Shown: positions 7,654-15,384 of the stretch, one piece after another
How positions within the stretch are numbered: the first letter of the stretch is position 1
How the letters are laid out: each line of letters starts with the position of its first letter
Assembly: GCA_038833255.1 (NCBI GenBank)
Contig: JAWBIX010000004.1
Location: 1-21,519, forward strand
Length of the DNA stretch: 21,519 nt
DNA from: Nanopusillaceae archaeon
Lineage (GTDB): Archaea > Nanobdellota > Nanobdellia > Nanobdellales > Nanobdellaceae
Direction: 5' to 3'
Notes under the pieces: model-generated
The model's database searches: none
What the model saw: the letters and a program-made list of their open reading frames with translations, nothing else
What the model was told of the DNA's origin: nothing
Position numbers and translations under genes: made by a program

Positions 7654-8412
7654 ATGTTTGATCTTGAAAGCTTTTTAGGCTCTATAACAAAATCTGGTGG
7701 ATATACAGTAACAAATACTTTTTTCTATTCTTTTTTATATATCCTTGCTTTTTTATTACTTTATTTTTTAACGAAAAGCAAAAAGATTATCATAGATAAA
7801 TATTTTAATTTAAACTTTATTCTATCATTTTCAATAATCGTTTTAATTAGAGTATCTATGGATTTAAATTGGATAAGAGAAATTTTTATATTTTACACAC
7901 CGTATATGCAAATATTAGTTCTATCTCTTTTTTCAGCAACTTTATTGTATAGTGAGAAAAGAAAAGAGTTGTTCTATTTTTATTTGATTTTGACAATAAT
8001 AACAATAGCACTTTTTATAAGAAAAATTCCGAATATCATTATATTTTCATCAATTATACTAATAATAGGAATGATAATGTTTATATTTTACAAAGAGAAA
8101 AAACAAAATTATTATCTTTTACCAATTCTTTCCCAAATTTTGGATGGAGTTTACGGAAATATAGGTATTCTTGTTTTTGGTTATAGTCCAAAGCATGTTA
8201 TGCATAAATTTATATTAAATTATTTCGGAATAGAACAAGGAGTTTTAATGTTTCTTTTTTTGAAGTTTTTTATTTTAATTTTAACAATCTTTATAATCGA
8301 AAAATATATAAAAGACGATCTTTTAAAGGAAATTCTCTATTTAGGTTTGTTTTATGTTGGATATAATGCCGGCTTAAGAAATTCTTTATTACTAGCTTTT
8401 AATGAAATATAA
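7654..8412 (+). CDS. Polytopic membrane protein, possibly of the archaeal DUF63-like family
   Basis: 252 aa with about 7 hydrophobic helices. 'GGYTVTNTFFYSFLY' near the N-terminus and 'ILDGVYGNIGILVFGYSPKHVM' recall DUF63-type archaeal membrane proteins (from memory, unverified). There is no GxGD motif, so it is not a prepilin peptidase. Confidence 0.6.
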   Translation: MFDLESFLGSITKSGGYTVTNTFFYSFLYILAFLLLYFLTKSKKIIIDKYFNLNFILSFSIIVLIRVSMDLNWIREIFIFYTPYMQILVLSLFSATLLYSEKRKELFYFYLILTIITIALFIRKIPNIIIFSSIILIIGMIMFIFYKEKKQNYYLLPILSQILDGVYGNIGILVFGYSPKHVMHKFILNYFGIEQGVLMFLFLKFFILILTIFIIEKYIKDDLLKEILYLGLFYVGYNAGLRNSLLLAFNEI

Positions 8413-9100
8413 AGAAATTTGGAAAGTTTATAACAAAGTATTTGATATCACAACTTTAAATGTTCTTGAAGAATTAAAAAACGATGGTTTTATATTAGAA
8501 GATCTAGAGCTTATATCAGAAGGAAAAGAAGCTATTGTTTGTAGATCTGGAGATAAGGCAATAAAAATTTATAAAGTTCTAAATATTAGCTATAAAAATC
8601 AATTAAGATATTTGGAAGCGGATCCGAGAATAAGGTCTTTTCCTAAAACCAGAGTCGGAATTATTTATACTTGGGTAAAAAAGGAATTTAAAAATTTGAG
8701 AAGAATGTTTAAAAGCTTAGTAAGTGTACCAATGCCCTATGTTTATAAAAAAAATGTTTTAGTTATGGAATTTATTGGTGAGAAGGATCCAGCTCCAATT
8801 TTGAATGACGTAATAGATGAAATTGAGGATAAAGAAAAGGTTTTTGATGATATAATAAAAGAATACAAAAAAATTGTTCATAGAGCAAAATTAGTTCATG
8901 GAGATTTTTCAAGTTTTAATATAATGTACTTTAAAAACAAAATATATATAATTGATGTATCTCAAGCCATTCCAATAAATTCTCCCGCAGCCCAAGAAAT
9001 GTTGGACAATGACATAAAAAAAATATATTTAATTGGAAAAAAATTGGGTTTAAATGTAGATATAAATATGATTAAAGAAACAATTCTTAATAGATTTTAA
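8402..9100 (+). CDS. rio1: RIO-type serine protein kinase (Rio1-like, no N-terminal wHTH)
   Basis: P-loop-like 'ISEGKEAIVCRS', ATP-binding Lys in 'AIKIYKV', catalytic loop 'LVHGDFSSFNIM' and metal-binding 'IIDVSQAI'. It overlaps the upstream gene by 11 nt. Confidence 0.85.
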   Translation: MKYKEIWKVYNKVFDITTLNVLEELKNDGFILEDLELISEGKEAIVCRSGDKAIKIYKVLNISYKNQLRYLEADPRIRSFPKTRVGIIYTWVKKEFKNLRRMFKSLVSVPMPYVYKKNVLVMEFIGEKDPAPILNDVIDEIEDKEKVFDDIIKEYKKIVHRAKLVHGDFSSFNIMYFKNKIYIIDVSQAIPINSPAAQEMLDNDIKKIYLIGKKLGLNVDINMIKETILNRF

Positions 9101-9115
9101 GATATTAAAAAAGTA

Positions 9116-10198
9116 ATGGATGTTAAACTTTTAGAATTAAGGACTTTAATAGAATCTCTTGAAAAAATAGAAGGAAGAGGAACGCAACTAATTTCATACT
9201 ATATTCCTGCAGGTTACGATATAGCAAAAGTTTTAGAACATTTAAATTACGAATATTCTACTTCTCAAAATATAAAAGATAAACATACAAGAAAAAATGT
9301 TGGAGATGCTTTAGCAAAGATAATTAACTATTTAAAAGGACTTAAAAAATTACCAGAAAACGGATTAGTTATCTTTTGCGGAAATATTGGAGATTATGGA
9401 GAAAGCGATATAAAATTATGGGCTATAGAACCACCAGAACCACTTCAAATAAGATTGTATAGATGTGATTCAAAATTTGTATTGGATCCATTGAAAGAAT
9501 ATTTAGAACCAAAGCAGGTATATGGTTTAGTAGTTTTAGATAGAGGCGAGGCAACAATAGGATTGTTAAAAGGGAATAGAATAATAGTTTTAGAAAACAA
9601 AGATTCGTGGGTTCCTGGAAAATTTAGAGATGGAGGACAATCAGCTTTAAGATTCCAAAGAATAATAGAACAAGAAGTACACGAATGGCTAAAATATATT
9701 GGAGAAAAAATAAAAGAACATTTTGATAAATATAAGGATAAATTAGTAGGTTTTTTGATTGGAGGTCCAGGCCCATTAAAGGAAAAATTTGTTCAGGGGG
9801 AGTATATGCCTTATTATTTTAAAGATAAAATATTGGCTGTTGTGGATACAGGGTATAGTAATGAATATGGATTAAAAGAAATGGTAGAGAAGGCAAAAGA
9901 AGTATTGGAAAAAACAGAATATATAAAAGAGATAAATATTGTAAAAGAATTTTTTACAAGATTAAGTAAAGGACTAAATACTGTAGTGTATGGAGAGGAA
10001 GATGTAAAAAAGGCAATAGAGTTTGGGGCTGTAGAAAAAATTTTAATTTCTGAGAAATTTAAGGATAAGATTTCAGAATATTTAGAATTAGCAAAAAAAA
10101 TAAATGCAGAAATAGAATTAATATCCCTGGATCATCCCGAAGGAGAACAATTTTCAAATTTTGGAATAGCCGCACTTCTAAGATTTCCTATTTATTAA
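9116..10198 (+). CDS. prf1: Peptide chain release factor aRF1
   Basis: GGQ at residues 173-175 ('FRDGGQSALRFQR'), YxCxxxF box 'LYRCDSKF', and the NIKS-loop position reading 'SQNIKDKHTRKNV'. 360 aa. Confidence 0.9.
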   Translation: MDVKLLELRTLIESLEKIEGRGTQLISYYIPAGYDIAKVLEHLNYEYSTSQNIKDKHTRKNVGDALAKIINYLKGLKKLPENGLVIFCGNIGDYGESDIKLWAIEPPEPLQIRLYRCDSKFVLDPLKEYLEPKQVYGLVVLDRGEATIGLLKGNRIIVLENKDSWVPGKFRDGGQSALRFQRIIEQEVHEWLKYIGEKIKEHFDKYKDKLVGFLIGGPGPLKEKFVQGEYMPYYFKDKILAVVDTGYSNEYGLKEMVEKAKEVLEKTEYIKEINIVKEFFTRLSKGLNTVVYGEEDVKKAIEFGAVEKILISEKFKDKISEYLELAKKINAEIELISLDHPEGEQFSNFGIAALLRFPIY

Positions 10199-10200
10199 AA

Positions 10201-11460
10201 ATGTTTGAGGATATATTAGATAAAATAAGACCTAAAAAAGATGAAAGAGAAAAAGTGTATGAAATAATAAATGAGTTTATAGAACTTTTAGAAACAGAAG
10301 GTTTAGAAATCTTTTTAGGAGGATCTTTTGCTAAAGATACATGGCTATCTGGAGATTATGATGTAGATTTGTTTATTTTATTTGAAAAAGAAGATCAAAA
10401 AATGTCTAATATAATAGAAGAAGTTTTAATGAAAAAAAAATTAGATTATCAAAGAATTAAGGGATCAAGAGACTATTTTAGAGTAGTCTATAAAGGAATA
10501 AATTTTGAACTAGTTCCTATTCTAAAAATAAAAAGTATAAGCGAAGCAAAAAATATAACAGATCTATCGCCCTTTCATGTAGATTATATATTGAAAAAAA
10601 TAAAAAATACAAATTTAAACGATGAGATAAGGTTATTAAAAGCATTTATGAAAGCAAAACATCTTTACGGAGCAGAGTCCTATATGCGCGGATTTTCAGG
10701 ATATGTTTGTGAGCTGTTAATAATTTATTATAAAAGTTTCTATAATCTTATAAGAAATGCGGTATTATGGAAACCCAAAGTTTTTATAGATCTTGAAAAT
10801 TATTATTCAGGATTAGAAGAAGCAATTAAAATTTTAGGAAAAGACAAAACGAGATCTCCTCTTATTTTAATAGATCCAACAAATAAATATAGAAATGCGG
10901 CTTCGGCATTGTCTATGAAAAAATTTGCAGAATTTATCTATTATTCAAAGCTTCTTTTAAACGATTTAGAGGAAAATAGAGAAATAAATAAACATTTTTT
11001 AAAGGAAACAGAGATAAATTTAAATGAATATATCAATAGGGCAAAAGAATATAATACTAATTTATTATATCTTGAAATTTGGGGAAAAGGAAATAGTAAA
11101 GATATAAGAAATTCTAAGGCATTAAAAGCATTGAAAAAAATAATAAAGAAACTTAAGGAACACAATTTTTTCATTTTAAGTAAAAAAATATTTTTCCAAG
11201 AAGAAAAGACTATAGCAATATTATACGTATTTCCAAAAGAATTACCAAAATATGAAATAAAGAAAGGACCGTATGTTTGGAATAACAAAAATTTTGATAG
11301 TTTTTTTGAAAAACATAAAAATGAAGAAATATTAATAGAAGAAGACGGAAGAATATCTGCTATTACAAAAAGAAAATACTCTTCTATAGATTCTCTATTA
11401 AAAGATATAGAAGAAACCCTATTAGATAGTATAGATAAAATTTATTATAAATTATATTAA
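10201..11460 (+). CDS. cca: CCA-adding enzyme (class I archaeal tRNA nucleotidyltransferase)
   Basis: Pol-beta nucleotidyltransferase signature 'LGGSFAKDTWLSGDYDVDLFILF', then 'DLSPFHVDYI' and 'AESYMRGFSGYVCELLIIYY', typical of archaeal CCA enzymes. Confidence 0.9.
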   Translation: MFEDILDKIRPKKDEREKVYEIINEFIELLETEGLEIFLGGSFAKDTWLSGDYDVDLFILFEKEDQKMSNIIEEVLMKKKLDYQRIKGSRDYFRVVYKGINFELVPILKIKSISEAKNITDLSPFHVDYILKKIKNTNLNDEIRLLKAFMKAKHLYGAESYMRGFSGYVCELLIIYYKSFYNLIRNAVLWKPKVFIDLENYYSGLEEAIKILGKDKTRSPLILIDPTNKYRNAASALSMKKFAEFIYYSKLLLNDLEENREINKHFLKETEINLNEYINRAKEYNTNLLYLEIWGKGNSKDIRNSKALKALKKIIKKLKEHNFFILSKKIFFQEEKTIAILYVFPKELPKYEIKKGPYVWNNKNFDSFFEKHKNEEILIEEDGRISAITKRKYSSIDSLLKDIEETLLDSIDKIYYKLY

Positions 11461-12162
11461 ATGGGAAAAGTATCTACAGGGATTCTACCTATTGATAAGT
11501 TGTTAGATGGGGGTTTAGACGACGATGTAATAACTGCAATATACGGTCCTTCTGCCTCAGGTAAAACGAATATAGCTCTTATAACTACGATAAATTCTGT
11601 ATTATCTGGAAAGAAAGCAATATTTATTGATACAGAGGGAGGAGTATCATTTGAAAGGATTAGACAAATATCTAAAGATAATTTTGAATTTATCTTAAAA
11701 AATATCATATTTTTTAGGCCAATTAATTTTCAAGAGCAAAAAAGAGATATTTTTCAATTATATAAATATGTAAAGGAAAGAAGCGTAGAAGTCGGTTTAA
11801 TTGTTATAGATTCTATATCTATGCTATATAGGTTAGAAAGAGGGGATCAGGAAGTAAGAGAAGTAAATATTGAATTAGCAAAACAACTACAAATTCTTTC
11901 AGAAATATCTAGACGATATAATATTCCAGTACTAGTAACTAATCAAGTTTATTCTCCTTTTAATGATAAGGATAGAGTAGAAATAGTTGGAGGAGACTTA
12001 ATAAAATATTGGTCCAAATGTTTAATAGAACTTAAAATTCTTCAAAATGGAGCAAGAATGGCAATATTAAGAAAACATAGATATCTTCCAGAAAATAAAT
12101 ATGTAAAATTTAAAATAGTTGAGGAAGGAATTATTGAATATATTGAAGAAGAACAATTATAA
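11461..12162 (+). CDS. radB: RadB-type recombinase paralogue (RadA/Rad51 core only)
   Basis: 'STGILPIDKLLDGGL', Walker A 'GPSASGKTN' and Walker B 'LIVIDSIS'. At 233 aa it has no N-terminal HhH domain, which points to RadB rather than RadA. Confidence 0.8.
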   Translation: MGKVSTGILPIDKLLDGGLDDDVITAIYGPSASGKTNIALITTINSVLSGKKAIFIDTEGGVSFERIRQISKDNFEFILKNIIFFRPINFQEQKRDIFQLYKYVKERSVEVGLIVIDSISMLYRLERGDQEVREVNIELAKQLQILSEISRRYNIPVLVTNQVYSPFNDKDRVEIVGGDLIKYWSKCLIELKILQNGARMAILRKHRYLPENKYVKFKIVEEGIIEYIEEEQL

Positions 12163-12552
12163 GAATTTTTTTACTATTTTGGCTGCTTCTTCTTCTGTTA
12201 ATTTATGAGTTTCCCAATAAAAAACTTTTTCTTTTCCATATCTGGGAATAATATGTATATGCAAATGTTCTATTTCTTGTTGAGCAATTTTTCCGCAATT
12301 ATTAATAATGTTATAATCCTTTGATACTTTTTCCTCAAACACTTTTAAAAAATTTATAAAACTTTTAAAAAATAATTCTCTTTCATTTTCAGGAATTTCT
12401 GTTAATCTAGTATAGTGTTTTTTTGGTATAAATAGCGTATGCCCTTCTGAGATAGGGTTTATATCTAAAAAAGCAACGGAGAAGGAGTCTTCATACAAAA
12501 TATAAGATTTTATTTCTTTATTAGCTATTTTACAAAAAATACAAGAATTCAT
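12157..12552 (-). CDS. HIT-family (histidine triad) nucleotide hydrolase/transferase
   Basis: 'CIFCKI' N-terminus and the histidine triad 'HLHIHIIPR'. 131 aa. Its stop shares the palindrome TTATAA (12157-12162) with the convergent radB stop. Confidence 0.9.
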   Translation of the reverse strand: MNSCIFCKIANKEIKSYILYEDSFSVAFLDINPISEGHTLFIPKKHYTRLTEIPENERELFFKSFINFLKVFEEKVSKDYNIINNCGKIAQQEIEHLHIHIIPRYGKEKVFYWETHKLTEEEAAKIVKKFL

Positions 12553-13052
12553 TGCTTGGCCTTTATTTTCTTTATTTTGCTAACCTCTTCTAATAATTCT
12601 AGTAATCTTTTCTTTAGTTCAATAATTTCTTCCTTTTTATGGTTTTCTTTTTCTATTAACAATTCTCCACATTCTCTACAATGAAAATTATTTTCAAAAG
12701 CAAGATCAAAATCATATATCGCTTTACAATTAACGCAGAAATATATTCTATCTGGTAACGTTTCTAAAATTTTATCTATATTTTTGATTTCATTTTCAAC
12801 CAATATTTTATATATTTCATCAATACTTTTTATCTTAGTTTTCCATTTAAAATCATATTTACCATCTTTTAAAATTATAGTTCCTAAAGGTACTACTATT
12901 CCCAAATCTTCAAGTTTATATAGAACTTTTCTTATCTCATTTTCTTTAATCTTGGTTTGCTTTTTAATTAATCTTTCAGAAAACTCTTCATTATTTGCTA
13001 TTATATCTATTATTGTCTTTGTTTCAGGTTGTAATAGCCATGACATAATCAT
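12549..13052 (-). CDS. tfe: Transcription factor E, alpha subunit (TFIIE-alpha homologue)
   Basis: An N-terminal winged-helix-like region is followed by the zinc ribbon 'YFCVNCKAIYDFDLAFENNFHCRECGELL' (CxxC-x17-CxxC). This matches the TFE pattern Y-x-C-x2-C...F-x-C-x2-CG-x-L. The stop overlaps the HIT start (ATGA on the minus strand). The start may be 13052 or the second ATG at 13046. Confidence 0.8.
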   Translation of the reverse strand: MIMSWLLQPETKTIIDIIANNEEFSERLIKKQTKIKENEIRKVLYKLEDLGIVVPLGTIILKDGKYDFKWKTKIKSIDEIYKILVENEIKNIDKILETLPDRIYFCVNCKAIYDFDLAFENNFHCRECGELLIEKENHKKEEIIELKKRLLELLEEVSKIKKIKAKQ

Positions 13053-13068
13053 ATATAAAAGTTTCTGG

Positions 13069-13078
13069 TATTTTTAAA
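13069..13078 (-). promoter_or_regulatory. Candidate TATA box (TTTAAAAATA on the minus strand) for tfe
   Basis: The element is centred about 21-27 nt upstream of the two candidate tfe ATGs (13052 / 13046), consistent with a leaderless transcript. A second TATA-like run, 'TTTTATATAT', abuts the ATG and is too close to serve it. Confidence 0.3.
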
Positions 13079-13172
13079 CATTGTTGTTTTTCATAATGTT
13101 AAACAATAGTAATATAACGTTAAAAGAAAGATTTTAAAAATTAACATTATATTAAACTTGCTTAACATAGAG

Positions 13173-13901
13173 TTAAACAAATATATATCTAGATAAATTA
13201 TTTTTAATTTTTTCACATAGTTTATTTATTTCAAAATTTTTTAAGTTAGCAATATATTCATACAGTTCTTTTAATTTATTTGGATGTAAAATTAAAGATC
13301 TATAGTTATACGGGCCATCAGATTCTGTTAAAATATTATTAATATTAGATTTCTCTAGTACTTTTTTTTGTTTTTCTTGAATAAGACAAGCAATATTTAT
13401 TCCAACAAAATAGTCAACAGAAAATATTTCATTTAATAAATCTTCAGGTCCTGTATACCAATGAAAATATGCTTTTTTTATATCATACTTTATTAAATAA
13501 TCAAAAACTTCTCTCCAAGCACCAACAGAGTGTAAATTAACAGAAAGGTTATACTCTTTGGCATATTTTAAAAAAAATTCAAAGATTTCTTTTTGTTTAT
13601 CAATAGTATTTGGGCAAAATTTTTTATCTAATCCAACTTCTCCAATAATCTTAATATTTTCTTTTTTAAATAAATTTTTAAAAGCTTCTAAATCTTCTTT
13701 TTTTGTTTCTTCCGCTTTCCAAGGATGTATACCTACAGCCGGAATTACATTTTCATATATTAACGACATTTTAATATTTTTTAAAGAAGTATCAAGATTT
13801 TCAGCTACAGAAACAAGGATAATTTTATTATTTCTTAAAATGGATCTTATCTCAGAATCGGAAAATTCATATAGATGAACATGTGAATCTACAAAAATCA
13901 T
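13173..13901 (-). CDS. tatD: TatD-family metal-dependent hydrolase / nuclease
   Basis: All family boxes are readable: 'VDSHVHL', 'IGEVGLDKKF', 'VNLHSVGA', 'FHWYTGP' and 'TESDGPY'. Confidence 0.85.
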   Translation of the reverse strand: MIFVDSHVHLYEFSDSEIRSILRNNKIILVSVAENLDTSLKNIKMSLIYENVIPAVGIHPWKAEETKKEDLEAFKNLFKKENIKIIGEVGLDKKFCPNTIDKQKEIFEFFLKYAKEYNLSVNLHSVGAWREVFDYLIKYDIKKAYFHWYTGPEDLLNEIFSVDYFVGINIACLIQEKQKKVLEKSNINNILTESDGPYNYRSLILHPNKLKELYEYIANLKNFEINKLCEKIKNNLSRYIFV

Positions 13902-13904
13902 TAT

Positions 13905-14255
13905 TTAGATAGATACCTCTCTGTATCCTATATAATCACAATTTGTATTTAAAATAATTTCTATTTTCCCTTTTTCTATACACGGATTATTCTCACCATT
14001 AACAAAACATGAGAAGTCCCTATACACCCAATAAACACCAGTTATTGTATCTTTATCAGATAAACAAACATTTTCTATAGTAAAATTAAAATTGTTTTTA
14101 ACATATTCACATAGAGCAATACAAAGATTTTTAGCATAATTTATTTCTCGAAAATCTATTTTATAATGTTCTTCTTTTTCATAAAATCTTGGAAAAATAA
14201 TTAACAGAGAAAAAATAGCTAAAACTAATATTAAAAATGCTAAACTTTTATTCAT
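13905..14255 (-). CDS. Small N-terminally anchored, Cys-rich extracytoplasmic protein, function unknown
   Basis: 116 aa. 'MNKSLAFLILVLAIFSLLIIF' is a short basic N-terminus followed by one hydrophobic helix. The polar beta-rich domain that follows has six Cys (C45, C49, C64, C83, C92, C106). It lies 3 nt upstream of tatD and 8 nt downstream of the 210-aa coiled-coil gene. Confidence 0.6.
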   Translation of the reverse strand: MNKSLAFLILVLAIFSLLIIFPRFYEKEEHYKIDFREINYAKNLCIALCEYVKNNFNFTIENVCLSDKDTITGVYWVYRDFSCFVNGENNPCIEKGKIEIILNTNCDYIGYREVSI

Positions 14256-14263
14256 AAATACGT

Positions 14264-14896
14264 CTATACTCTTTTTAACTGATCTCTGAGTTGTTTTATC
14301 TCTTCTATAGTTTCTTTTAACTCCTTAGTTGATTCGGATATAGCAGGAACCATTGTCCTTATTAATCTATGTAAAGCTTCTACTTCTACTGTAGCTTCTC
14401 TTATTCCTTTATCATATTCATCTATCTTTTTTGCTAATATCTCATACATTCCATTCATTCTAGTTTCAATATCTTTTAGTTTTTCATTTATTTTTGAAAT
14501 TTCTATTTCTAATTTTTCTTTCCAAATTTTAATTTCAGAAAGTTGAGTGTCAACATGAGTTAATTTGTCCTTTAAAATATCTTCAACTATACCTTGTATA
14601 TAAGATTCCCAATCGTAACTGTAATCTGTACTGTAATCTGTATGTTTTTCTGGTCGATTAGAGGTAAAATATGTTTCCTCAAATTTCTTTGTATCTTCAT
14701 AAATATTCTGGAATGGCGGTTTTACATATGGCTCTGGATAGTCTAATTTTTCTTGTAATGTGGGATGAAAATACGCCGGTTGGTTGTATTCTAAATTTCT
14801 GGATAAAATGCTCTGTTCAAAGCCCGGGTATTGGTTATAATTTTCTAATCTTTCCTCTTTATTTTCTTTTTTTTTGAACTTAAACAAGTCTATCAT
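14264..14896 (-). CDS. Three-part protein of unknown function: basic N-terminal tag, Tyr/Pro-rich low-complexity linker, C-terminal coiled coil
   Basis: 210 aa. It starts 'MIDLFKFKKKENKEE'. Residues about 20-105 are rich in Y, P, E and Q ('YNQYPGFEQ...YNQPAYFHP...DYPEPYVKPPFQNIY...TDYSTDYSYDWESY'). Residues about 105-210 are heptad-like ('EIKIWKEKLEIEISKINEKLKDIETRMNGMYEILAKKIDEY...'). It is the only gene in the window ending in TAG. Confidence 0.6.
   Translation of the reverse strand: MIDLFKFKKKENKEERLENYNQYPGFEQSILSRNLEYNQPAYFHPTLQEKLDYPEPYVKPPFQNIYEDTKKFEETYFTSNRPEKHTDYSTDYSYDWESYIQGIVEDILKDKLTHVDTQLSEIKIWKEKLEIEISKINEKLKDIETRMNGMYEILAKKIDEYDKGIREATVEVEALHRLIRTMVPAISESTKELKETIEEIKQLRDQLKRV
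14618..14641. repeat. Perfect tandem duplication of a 12-nt unit (ACTGTAATCTGT x2) inside the 210-aa gene
   Basis: Read directly: 14618-14629 equals 14630-14641. On the minus strand it encodes TDYS-TDYS within 'HTDYSTDYSYDW'. Confidence 0.9.
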
Positions 14897-14921
14897 AGAA
14901 AAATATTATGTATTCGGAAAT

Positions 14922-15293
14922 TTATATATTTTTACTTTTTGCAGTATTTTTTTCTTTAAGAATTTCTTTTATCTTTTTTTCTATTAATCTTTCTGCTTCT
15001 TTCTTTGTTAGGTAAGAGAAAGGATCTATGATATCTATGTATTTTTCTATTGCTTTTACTCTTTCTATCGGGGCAAATAAAGATAACTGATCGACTATTG
15101 CCTTTATTTTTATATTAATAGCAGAAATTTGATTTTTTATATTTGAAATTTCATTAGATAGCTCATTTATTTTATTTTCAATAATTTTTAGTTTATTTTC
15201 ATTAGTATTTTTTACAGAATCTACAATATTTTCAATTATAGATAAACGATTTTCGATAACTTTCACTTTTTTATCTATGTTAGGGTCTATCAT
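14922..15293 (-). CDS. Coiled-coil protein of unknown function
   Basis: 123 aa. It has long heptad-like I/L/N repeats ('VIENRLSIIENIVDSVKNTNENKLKIIENKINELSNEISNIKNQISAINIKIKAIVDQLS'), then 'IDIIDPFSYLTKKEAERLIEKKIKEILKEK'. It is the first gene of the arm divergent from the ATPase. Confidence 0.6.
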   Translation of the reverse strand: MIDPNIDKKVKVIENRLSIIENIVDSVKNTNENKLKIIENKINELSNEISNIKNQISAINIKIKAIVDQLSLFAPIERVKAIEKYIDIIDPFSYLTKKEAERLIEKKIKEILKEKNTAKSKNI

Positions 15294-15350
15294 AAAAATA
15301 CTAGAAATTTTTTGATAAATAAAAATTTTATATCAAATAGGCAGACTATG

Positions 15351-15360
15351 TTTTTATATG
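15351..15360 (+). promoter_or_regulatory. Candidate TATA box (TTTTTATATG) for the FlaI-like ATPase gene
   Basis: The element ends 24 nt before the ATG at 15385 (first base of the ATG 25 nt from the element's last base), inside the 91-nt divergent intergenic region. A TATA-like run for the opposite gene (plus-strand ATAAATAAAAAT, about 15316-15327) lies about 25-33 nt from the minus-strand ATG at 15293. Confidence 0.35.
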
Positions 15361-15384
15361 CAAAAACAATAATAAAGTAATATT

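Noticed and set aside
7654-8412. The 252-aa polytopic membrane protein as the missing prepilin peptidase (FlaK/PibD)
   Set aside because: There is no GxGD-type second catalytic aspartate motif and no conserved first Asp context. The sequence features look more like a DUF63-type membrane protein.
9116-10198. Genetic-code reassignment suggested by the aRF1 NIKD variant
   Set aside because: TAA, TGA and TAG all terminate well-supported genes in this window at positions consistent with family lengths and with immediately following start codons. There is no evidence for reassignment, so the variant is kept only as a low-interest finding.
13080-13107. Inverted repeat ATTGTT (13080-13085) / AACAAT (13102-13107) as a hairpin or operator in the tatD-tfe spacer
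   Set aside because: The arms are only 6 nt and entirely A/T-rich apart from one G/C pair, with a 16-nt spacer. This is not distinguishable from chance in this composition.
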